Positions 48,204 to 55,288 of a stretch of 64,000 nt of DNA are shown one piece after another; the first letter of the stretch is position 1, and the number at the start of each line of letters is the position of its first letter. A program made the position numbers and the translations under genes. The stretch spans positions 501-64,500 of the forward strand of contig JANWVR010000119.1 in NCBI GenBank assembly GCA_025056735.1, in the 5' to 3' direction. This DNA comes from Saprospiraceae bacterium. Its GTDB lineage: Bacteria; Bacteroidota; Bacteroidia; Chitinophagales; Saprospiraceae. The notes beneath the pieces are model-generated. The model was given only the letters and a program-made list of their open reading frames with translations, made no database searches and was not told the origin of the DNA.

Positions 48204-51200
48204 TCAACGCACCACGCCCACCGGGAAGTCATTCCCAAATCCAAAACTGGCCGGATACTGCGGCGTGCCCTTGTAACGGGCTGTTAGTTCGGGAACAATG
48301 GCCTGCAGATAAGCATCTATTTCCTTGACGGTGATGCGCTTATCGCCGTTATCGGCTTTACCCTTGAGGGCTTCCAGTAGGGCATAGGTGAAGGTGCCGT
48401 GGCCCAATTGAGCAAACTCGCTGGCGAATTGTTCGCTGCCCGAAGCCGTTAGCCAGTGGGTGCCTGTGGCGCGGGCTAACTGGCTGATGGCTTTCTCTTC
48501 GGCAGCGCCGCGCACGGCCACCTGTTCCAGAGCGCCGGCTGACTGGCAGGCATCTAAAAGGTAGAGCTGCTTCTGGGCCTTGATGTCTTTGGAGTACTGC
48601 TGCAAGGCGCTGGCACTCAGGCCTTTCGCCTCCAGTGCTTCGTCGTTGCCGTACAGTTGCGTCACGTCGTGCGGCACTAAGTAGAACATCCGCTTCTCAT
48701 TGAGCACGCCATGGCCGGCATAATAGAAGACGAACACGTCCCTGGCTTGAGCAGTGGTTTTTATCTTTTCTAAGGCGGCGGCGATATTGCTCAGCGTGGC
48801 CTGTTCGTCGGCGATGAAGGCCACCTCAATGCCTTTGAAGATGCCTGTGCTGCTCTGTTGCAGTTGCTCGCGGAAGGCAGTGGCGTCGGCCAAAGCATAG
48901 TTGAGGTTGTACTTGGGATTTTTGTATTTGTTGATGCCGACGATAAGGGCATGCAGGGTAATGTCGCCTCCTGAGGGCGCGGGCGTTGGCGTGGTGGGTG
49001 TATATTGGAGCGCCAGTTCGGCCGGGCTGGACTCGGTGCGCTGGGAGTTGAGGGCGATGGCGCGGAAGCGGTTTTCGCCAGGCAGTAGTTCGAGGGTGAA
49101 GGAGCGGGTTTCGCGTTGCTTTTTGTCGTCGTCCACCACTAAGCCACGGACGCTGCCGGCGACAAGTTTGCCGTTGTGGAAGAGGCGTATTTCGTCCACC
49201 ACGTCGTCGGGGGCATAAGCTTCTACCGTGAGCGTAATGGGCGACTGGGCGACAGTGAGCGTGGGCACATCATCATCGTCCACCACTAAGTTGCGCTGTT
49301 TGTCCTGATATTGAATTTTGACTACCGGCGGTCGCTTCAGTTTCTTGATGTCTTCGTCGGGGTTGACGGGCGGCAGCGGCGTTCCGCCCAGCAATTGTGC
49401 CAGCAGGCCCGGGGTGTAGTAGCGTTCGTAGAGTTGTTCGAGCGGGATGATGTCCATGCCTTTGACGTAGTACAGCTTGCGCATGGCGTCGGGCGAGGCA
49501 TCAAAGCGGCCGTCGGGCGTGAGGCACACCCAGTCGTTCGTCTTAGGGAACAGGAAGAGCGTGGCTAAGGCTGCAGCTTCCCGGCTATCCCAGAGCACGA
49601 TTCTGCCGTCGTTGCTGATAGAGAGGGCATAGCGCGGGTTGTGTTTGAAGTAGTCCAGCGTATGGACGTAGTCCGTCAGCGGATTGTAATTAGGCAGGAT
49701 GACTTTTTGGGCTTTCATGTCCCAAAAAGAAATTTTGGAACTGGAGGCGAATAGCACCTGGCTGGCATCGGGCGAGATGGCGGCTCTCATCACCTCAAGG
49801 CCGCTTATCGGCACATTCCATAGATAATGCGTCTTAACAACCTGGCCGTTTTGCGGGCGCAACACCTTAAGGTTTTTCTCTTTTTTGTCAAAGCACAGAA
49901 TACCTTCAGACGTTTCCTGAAAACTGACGTACTCGCCTTTAAGCGTCCAAAGTATTTTTCCTGAGGCCACCTCTACACAGTAGGCCTGTGGCGAGTTGTC
50001 GGGCAAGATGGCAGAGGCGATGATTTTGCGGTCGTTGTCGAAGAAAGTGCCCAGCTTGGGCTCTACGATGATGTAGGTTTGGGGGTTGATGGTTACTTCG
50101 CGCAGTATGGTCATCGTCTGCGCATCGAAGAGGTACATACCGCCGGTATTTATGACGGCGCCGACTTTGCCGTTTTTGCCGACGACGATAGCCGAGCCGT
50201 TACCGTTGAGGCGCGCCGAAGCCTGCAGTTGCGCGTTTTGTTCCTGGCTTCTGAACTTTTCCACCACACCCATCGTGCCCGTGTGTACGCGGTATTTGCC
50301 ATCGGGCGAATAGACGGATATTTCATTTTGGGTGTTCACTTTCAGGAAGTTGACGGTTCGACCCAGCACCACTTCGCAATCTTTACCATACTGGAAGCGG
50401 AAGTCGTCAGGCGCAAGAGTGCTGTAGAAGGGCGATACGATGGCGTCGCCTACTTCGCGGATTTTTTGTCGGGTGATGAGGTCCCACTCTTCCATGCGGT
50501 TTTCTGGGTGGCTGATGGACAGATAGACCGTGCGGACGGAGCCGTTTTCTTTGCGGGCCGGGCAGGTATGGTCTATGGAGTGATAGACGGCGGAGTGATA
50601 CTTGAAGTCAGGGCCAAGTGTGCGCTTGTTGAAATCGGCGATGGTATGTTGCTCGTAATTGTACAGAAACACCCGCCGGTTGTCGAGCCAAAACATATTC
50701 TTGATGGAATACGGCTCCACTTTAGTCGGGCCGGATACGGTAACTTCGGGCGAGAACGTCACCGGGTTCAAAATGGAGAGCGTGCCCTGGCCGTTGGCTA
50801 TAGCTATTTCGAGTAGCTTGTTATCGGGGGTGAAGGCATACAGGTTGCCGGGCGTATCGAAGGTTTTGATGACCTGCTTGCTGGCGTTGTCAATCAGGTA
50901 GGCCGGGCTTTTGTCCACCTGAGCAATGCTATACCTGCCGTCAGAGGTAACGCCGAAACTCTTCAGGGTGGAGATATCGCCGACTGGAAAGACAAAGAGG
51001 GTATCCACGCGCTTCCTGGCTAAATTGATAGCCAACACTACGCCTCTGGTGTTGGAGGTGTAGGCATACACTTGCGAAGGGTCGGGCGACACACCCAACT
51101 GGCGCATACCGAGCACGTACATAGAGTCCATCAGGGCGAAGTTGGCAGTATTTATCATGTAAACCATGGAGCGGCCTGTGAGGAACAGGGTCTTGCCATC

Positions 51201-51446
51201 CTGGGTTTCGACGCCTCTGAAGGCTGTGATTTTGAGCGTCTTGAGCAAGCGACCCGAGCTGCTCTCCCAGATCTGAGTGCTGTTTTCGCCCATGACGAGA
51301 AAATACTTATTGCCCTGCACCGACAGGACGTTGTGCGGCTTGCCCAAGCGGGTCGGGATAATCAATTCGGGTGCCTGGGCGCTGACCATAGCAGCAAGCA
51401 AAAGACATCCCACAATGAAAACAAAGGGTCTGACGCCGATTTTCAT
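48204..51446 (-). CDS. Exported beta-propeller (WD40/YVTN-like) repeat protein with C-terminal caspase (peptidase C14) domain
   Basis: Signal peptide MKIGVRPFVFIVGCLLLAAMVSAQA; about 700 aa of propeller-type repeats (IWESSSGRLLKTLK, ISFWDMKAQKV, IVLWDSREAAALATL); an Ig-like spacer. The caspase domain carries the His and Cys contexts VFVFYYAGHG and LYLLDACQSAG. Confidence 0.85.
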   Translation of the reverse strand: MKIGVRPFVFIVGCLLLAAMVSAQAPELIIPTRLGKPHNVLSVQGNKYFLVMGENSTQIWESSSGRLLKTLKITAFRGVETQDGKTLFLTGRSMVYMINTANFALMDSMYVLGMRQLGVSPDPSQVYAYTSNTRGVVLAINLARKRVDTLFVFPVGDISTLKSFGVTSDGRYSIAQVDKSPAYLIDNASKQVIKTFDTPGNLYAFTPDNKLLEIAIANGQGTLSILNPVTFSPEVTVSGPTKVEPYSIKNMFWLDNRRVFLYNYEQHTIADFNKRTLGPDFKYHSAVYHSIDHTCPARKENGSVRTVYLSISHPENRMEEWDLITRQKIREVGDAIVSPFYSTLAPDDFRFQYGKDCEVVLGRTVNFLKVNTQNEISVYSPDGKYRVHTGTMGVVEKFRSQEQNAQLQASARLNGNGSAIVVGKNGKVGAVINTGGMYLFDAQTMTILREVTINPQTYIIVEPKLGTFFDNDRKIIASAILPDNSPQAYCVEVASGKILWTLKGEYVSFQETSEGILCFDKKEKNLKVLRPQNGQVVKTHYLWNVPISGLEVMRAAISPDASQVLFASSSKISFWDMKAQKVILPNYNPLTDYVHTLDYFKHNPRYALSISNDGRIVLWDSREAAALATLFLFPKTNDWVCLTPDGRFDASPDAMRKLYYVKGMDIIPLEQLYERYYTPGLLAQLLGGTPLPPVNPDEDIKKLKRPPVVKIQYQDKQRNLVVDDDDVPTLTVAQSPITLTVEAYAPDDVVDEIRLFHNGKLVAGSVRGLVVDDDKKQRETRSFTLELLPGENRFRAIALNSQRTESSPAELALQYTPTTPTPAPSGGDITLHALIVGINKYKNPKYNLNYALADATAFREQLQQSSTGIFKGIEVAFIADEQATLSNIAAALEKIKTTAQARDVFVFYYAGHGVLNEKRMFYLVPHDVTQLYGNDEALEAKGLSASALQQYSKDIKAQKQLYLLDACQSAGALEQVAVRGAAEEKAISQLARATGTHWLTASGSEQFASEFAQLGHGTFTYALLEALKGKADNGDKRITVKEIDAYLQAIVPELTARYKGTPQYPASFGFGNDFPVGVVR

Positions 51447-51477
51447 AATTGAGAAAGTTTATGCGCTTGGAAAGATA

Positions 51478-51517
51478 GGGTAGTCATCCGATGACAATGG
51501 GTCATCCGATGACTACC
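51478..51517. repeat. Twin 13-bp perfect palindromes (GTCATC-C-GATGAC x2, 18-bp period) forming a 17-bp-arm hyphenated dyad
   Basis: gggTAGTCATCCGATGACaatggGTCATCCGATGACTAcc. It lies 17 nt after the C1-peptidase stop. It abuts a TATCTTTC box (51470-51477, minus strand) 24 nt upstream of the caspase-gene ATG. Confidence 0.85.
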
Positions 51518-51533
51518 TGAAAATGGCTGCATC

Positions 51534-53090
51534 TTAATTGTGTGTAATCTCCACCATCAGCGGCACCACCTTGCCCTGTACTTTGCCCTCTACGTCGAAG
51601 CCCACCTGGTTGAGGCGGTACTGCACCTGGCTGGGCGGGATGAGCTTGTCGCCTAACGCGGCGCGGATTTTGGCCGACAGGCCGCCCTTTACACCGTTCA
51701 TTTTTTGCAGAATGGCGTTGTGGTCGAGTTTTTCGGCTGAGAACAGGATAAGCATGTAGTCGGTGCCTTTAGTATCGTCCAGGCGCACTACTTTGGTTTC
51801 GGAGGGGAAGGCGATCTGGCTGTTAGGCCCGATGTGGGGCGACATGCCGTCGTCGAAGGGCAACAGTTTGTTCACTTTGCCCGTCAGGTCGGTGGCAAAG
51901 GCGTAGATGTAGCTTTCCGTGTTGGTGGTGATGTAGAACCGGAAGCGCGTGCCGCTGGAGTATTCGCGGTCCATGCGGTAAGCCACTAAGTCCTCCCTGT
52001 AATTTTCTACCGGGACATCGTCCTCGATGATGAGGTTGCGCGTCAGAATTTTACTGACAGGCATAGGGTCGCCTGTATTGAGGCGGAATTCGACGACGCC
52101 CGACAGTTTGGTGGCGACGACGGGCGGCTCGGGTCTGGGTTCGGGGCGCGGTTCGGGCTTGGGCTCCGGTTTGGGTTCGGGTTTTGGAGCGGGTTTTGGC
52201 GGTTCGGGTTCGGGCAGTGGGGCTGGATAGGCCTGCAGGGCGCCGATGGCATAGTTGGCGTAGTCGTCGTAGCGGATCCAGACATAGCCGTTGTCGCACC
52301 ACTTTGGCCCCCAGGAGTTGAGGACGCGGAAGGCGCCGCCGCTCTTGTTGTCGTCGTAGCCCACAACGCACATAGCGTGGCGGCCGTGCGCACCCGAAGG
52401 GCCACCGTCGGTCGAGGCAGGAGTCCACACGGGTGAGGCGGTGTAGAAGCTTTCGGGCACGATGAAACACAGGATGACCGGATAGCCTTCGGCGATGGCT
52501 TTTTTGGTGGTCTGGATTTTCACCTTCGGGTCAGTCTCGTCAGGTAGGAAGAGGATCTGATAGTCGTCCAATCGGAAGTCCAGCGCATTGCGTTTGGCCT
52601 GCTCAGTGATGGGCGCCCCGCACGCATACGGCAACACGGAGAGCGTTGGGCAGCCACCGAGTTTGAGCAGCTCTAAGGCTAAGATAGGGTTGGAGCCGTT
52701 CTGGCAGTCGTGGTCGTCGTCGTCCTTGATATGCTCGTACACCCAGGTAGGCGAGTGCACTAAGCGGTCAATGTCGGCCTTGTTGGAGAGGCCGCGTTGC
52801 CTGGCCGTCAGGATGGTGCGCGTGTGATAGGCCACTGCGAAGGCCACGCATGTGCTGTAACGGCCCTGATCGCCAGGCGTAGGGCAATACTGCTCCAGCG
52901 ACGCCGCTGCCGGCACAGAAGCGTAACTGGCCGCCGTGAGCTTCGCCTTGTAAGGCGTACCGCGATAACTGGGCACGTCGAAAATAAGACCCGTCGGTTT
53001 CTTCTGGGCATGGACGCTGAAAGAGAGCGCAAAAAGCAAGAAAAAAAGACCTGCAGAGCGCTTTGCAAAAAGGGCGATTAGATGTCTCAT
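51534..53090 (-). CDS. Exported papain-like (C1) cysteine peptidase, Pro/Glu/Lys linker, C-terminal DUF4384 domain
   Basis: Signal peptide MRHLIALFAKRSAGLFFLLFALSFSVHAQ. Catalytic Cys context GDQGRYSTCVAFAVAY, His context HAMCVVGYDD, and Asn/Trp context VLNSWGPKWCDNGYVWI. Linker PEPEPPKPAPKPEPKPEPKPEPRPEPRPEPP. DUF4384-like block YIYAFATDLTGKVNKLLPF...GTDYMLILFS. ATG at 53090. Confidence 0.85.
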   Translation of the reverse strand: MRHLIALFAKRSAGLFFLLFALSFSVHAQKKPTGLIFDVPSYRGTPYKAKLTAASYASVPAAASLEQYCPTPGDQGRYSTCVAFAVAYHTRTILTARQRGLSNKADIDRLVHSPTWVYEHIKDDDDHDCQNGSNPILALELLKLGGCPTLSVLPYACGAPITEQAKRNALDFRLDDYQILFLPDETDPKVKIQTTKKAIAEGYPVILCFIVPESFYTASPVWTPASTDGGPSGAHGRHAMCVVGYDDNKSGGAFRVLNSWGPKWCDNGYVWIRYDDYANYAIGALQAYPAPLPEPEPPKPAPKPEPKPEPKPEPRPEPRPEPPVVATKLSGVVEFRLNTGDPMPVSKILTRNLIIEDDVPVENYREDLVAYRMDREYSSGTRFRFYITTNTESYIYAFATDLTGKVNKLLPFDDGMSPHIGPNSQIAFPSETKVVRLDDTKGTDYMLILFSAEKLDHNAILQKMNGVKGGLSAKIRAALGDKLIPPSQVQYRLNQVGFDVEGKVQGKVVPLMVEITHN

Positions 53091-53349
53091 AGTAACTGTG
53101 TATGGGAAAAATGAATGGGAATACACTCGATTTTGCTGCAACTTTCGTACCCAGAACCTGTCAATTTCGGATCTTTTCCGAAATCGGCGGAAAGTTCAGG
53201 TAAACGCTGAAAAAAACGTATAAGGCTTTCTTTTTTTAGCGGCTTGTGTCTGCGGCCCTGGATTTTCCAGTAGCCGAAGCCAATGGCTCGGATGGTTACA
53301 GGAGAGCAGATGAGTTTCTGGGTTGGCGCTTTTGCCCTATGGCATGAGA

Positions 53350-53416
53350 CTTCCTTTGCGGCCCTCTGCGCCCTCGGCGGTTAAAAGATTAAAAACTGGA
53401 GGGCGGTTCACCTGCC
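53350..53416. repeat. Left copy of a ~60-bp imperfect direct repeat bracketing the ATPase-nuclease gene
   Basis: cttCCTTTGcGGCCctctgcgccCTCGGCGGTTAAAAgATtAAAAACtggaGgGCGgTTcACcTGCC. Capitals mark bases shared with 55106-55166. The identical 13-mer TCGGCGGTTAAAA is at 53374-53386. Confidence 0.6.
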
Positions 53417-53468
53417 AATCTGTCTCCCGAGCGCTTGAGCGAGTGGACAAGTTCGGCGGTCATGTGGC

Positions 53469-53476
53469 TATCTTTG
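53469..53476 (+). promoter_or_regulatory. TAnnTTTG -7 box (TATCTTTG) 5 nt upstream of the ATPase ATG
   Basis: If used, this spacing implies a leaderless or near-leaderless mRNA. Confidence 0.3.
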
Positions 53477-53481
53477 CAGCG

Positions 53482-55044
53482 ATGGCTCGCTATTTCAACA
53501 CCACAGGTCTGTGTAACCCGGAGGAGCACTACATGGTGGACCCGCTTCGCGGGAAGTACCCGGATATTCGCCGGCTGATAGAGGCCAAGCAGTATTTTCT
53601 CATCCATGCGCCGCGCCAGACGGGCAAGACGACGCTGCTGCACGCGCTGGCGCGTCGGTTGAATGCGGAGGGAAGGTATATCTCCATCGTAAGTTCTTTA
53701 GAGTCAGCGGGTTTTCAGGATATTAGTGTAGCCGAAGCCAACTGGGCGATGGTCAGTTCTTTGCGCGACAATGCGGAACTTTTCCTCAACGAGGATTTCA
53801 TGCCTCCGACGTTGGAGCAGTATAGCCCGGGAGTTACGCTTTTTCAGCGGTATTTGCAGGATTGGTGTCGAGGTTTGCCAAAACCATTAGTGCTGTTGCT
53901 CGACGAGGTGGACGCGCTGTACGATGACGTGCTGGTGTCGGTGTTGCGGCAGTTGCGCGATGGTTTTCAGCGTCGTCCGCGGTTGTTTCCGCAGTCGGTG
54001 GCGTTGGTGGGCCTGCGCGACATTCGGGAGTACCGTCTCAAGGCGCGCGGCGAAAATCCGTCGCTGGGCGCGGGCTCTCCCTTCAATGTGAAGGCGAAAT
54101 CCATCTTCTTGAAGGTATTCACGCACGAGGAGGCGCTCGGCCTACTGCAACAACACACCGACGAGACCGGGCAGGTATTTACAGAGGAGGCTATTAAAAA
54201 AATCTACGAATACTCCGGTGGTCAGCCCTGGCTGACGAATGCCTTAGCTAACGAAATTGTGGCGGAAATTCTCCAGAACGACTACGCCCGGCCCATTACG
54301 GCAGACATGGTGGAGGAGGCCAAAGAGCGGCTCATTGAACAGCGCCAGACACATTTGGACAGTTTGGTGGACAAGATCAACGAGCCGCGAGTGCGGCCCA
54401 TCGTGATGGCCATCATCAGCGGCGAGAGCATTCACTTCGACGGCTTTGACGACGCCCTGCGCTATTGCCGCGACTTGGGCATCATTACGCAGGACTCGCC
54501 GGTGCGCTTTGCCAATCCGATCTACCGCGAGATCATCACGCGGGTGCTGAACAGCAGTTTTCAGGAAGGGATCAACCCCGACATCGCCCGGATTTCATGG
54601 TATGTTCGGCCGGATGGCTCTTTGGACATGGACAAATTGCTGGATGCATTTGTGGACTTTTACCGCCGGCATTCAGAGTCTTGGTTAGAGCGTTTCGAGT
54701 ACAAGGAGGCAGGCCATCAGTTGTTGTTGATGGCCTTTTTGCAGCGGATTGTCAACGGTGGCGGGCGCATTGAGCGCGAGATGGCGCTGGGTAACGGACG
54801 CACTGATCTGGCAGTGTTATGGAAAGAACAGGTTATTCCTATTGAGTTGAAAATCCGTCACGATAAGTGGTCGGAGTCGGAGGGCATGGAGCAATTGTCG
54901 GGCTACATGGATCGGCTGGGTCAGCGCCGAGGGTATTTGGTGTTGTTTGAGAAGAAGCCTGTATCAGAGTTGCCGTGGGAGGAGCGCATTCGCCGCGAGG
55001 TGCACGAGGTGAACGGCAAGGAGATAGTTTTGCTGCGGATATGA
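53482..55044 (+). CDS. P-loop ATPase (AAA/ORC-like) fused to a C-terminal PD-(D/E)XK nuclease-like domain
   Basis: MARYFNTTGLCNPEEHYMVDP..., Walker A HAPRQTGKTT and Walker B LVLLLDEVDAL. The C-terminus GNGRTDLAVLWKEQVIPIELKI gives the D...E-x-K nuclease core. The track extension 53323-53481 only translates the repeat element. Confidence 0.8.
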   Translation: MARYFNTTGLCNPEEHYMVDPLRGKYPDIRRLIEAKQYFLIHAPRQTGKTTLLHALARRLNAEGRYISIVSSLESAGFQDISVAEANWAMVSSLRDNAELFLNEDFMPPTLEQYSPGVTLFQRYLQDWCRGLPKPLVLLLDEVDALYDDVLVSVLRQLRDGFQRRPRLFPQSVALVGLRDIREYRLKARGENPSLGAGSPFNVKAKSIFLKVFTHEEALGLLQQHTDETGQVFTEEAIKKIYEYSGGQPWLTNALANEIVAEILQNDYARPITADMVEEAKERLIEQRQTHLDSLVDKINEPRVRPIVMAIISGESIHFDGFDDALRYCRDLGIITQDSPVRFANPIYREIITRVLNSSFQEGINPDIARISWYVRPDGSLDMDKLLDAFVDFYRRHSESWLERFEYKEAGHQLLLMAFLQRIVNGGGRIEREMALGNGRTDLAVLWKEQVIPIELKIRHDKWSESEGMEQLSGYMDRLGQRRGYLVLFEKKPVSELPWEERIRREVHEVNGKEIVLLRI

Positions 55045-55054
55045 GCGTATGTAT

Positions 55055-55074
55055 CCGGAAACTCCAGTTTCCGG
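55055..55074 (+). terminator. Terminator-like hairpin after the ATPase gene
   Basis: CCGGAAAC-tcca-GTTTCCGG followed by CTTTGTTCG, 11 nt after the stop. Confidence 0.4.
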
Positions 55075-55105
55075 CTTTGTTCGTCAGGTATCAGGTGTAA
55101 GGCGG

Positions 55106-55166
55106 CTTCTCCCTTTGTGGCCTTCGGCGGTTAAAAAATGAAAAACCGCAGAGCGTTTGACATGCC
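55106..55166. repeat. Right copy of the ~60-bp imperfect direct repeat
   Basis: cttctcCCTTTGtGGCCtTCGGCGGTTAAAAaATgAAAAACcgcaGaGCGtTTgACaTGCC. The 13-mer TCGGCGGTTAAAA is at 55124-55136. Confidence 0.6.
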
Positions 55167-55288
55167 TCGCCTTTGTGCCCGTCAGCGGCTAAGCGCTTCG
55201 GTTTTGGAGTGCTGCCTTGTTGCGTTCGTCCGCAGGTGCTGGGTTCTCTCCTTGCGTCCTACCTTCGCTGTTAGAATGCGCGAGCGTT

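Noticed and set aside
47077-55288. The idea that the accessory cluster is a bona fide mobile genomic island.
   Set aside because: I found no integrase, transposase, tRNA gene or long terminal inverted repeats. I could not compute GC or codon statistics. Only the 60-bp direct repeats around one gene hint at mobility, so this is reported as an accessory cluster rather than a mobile element.
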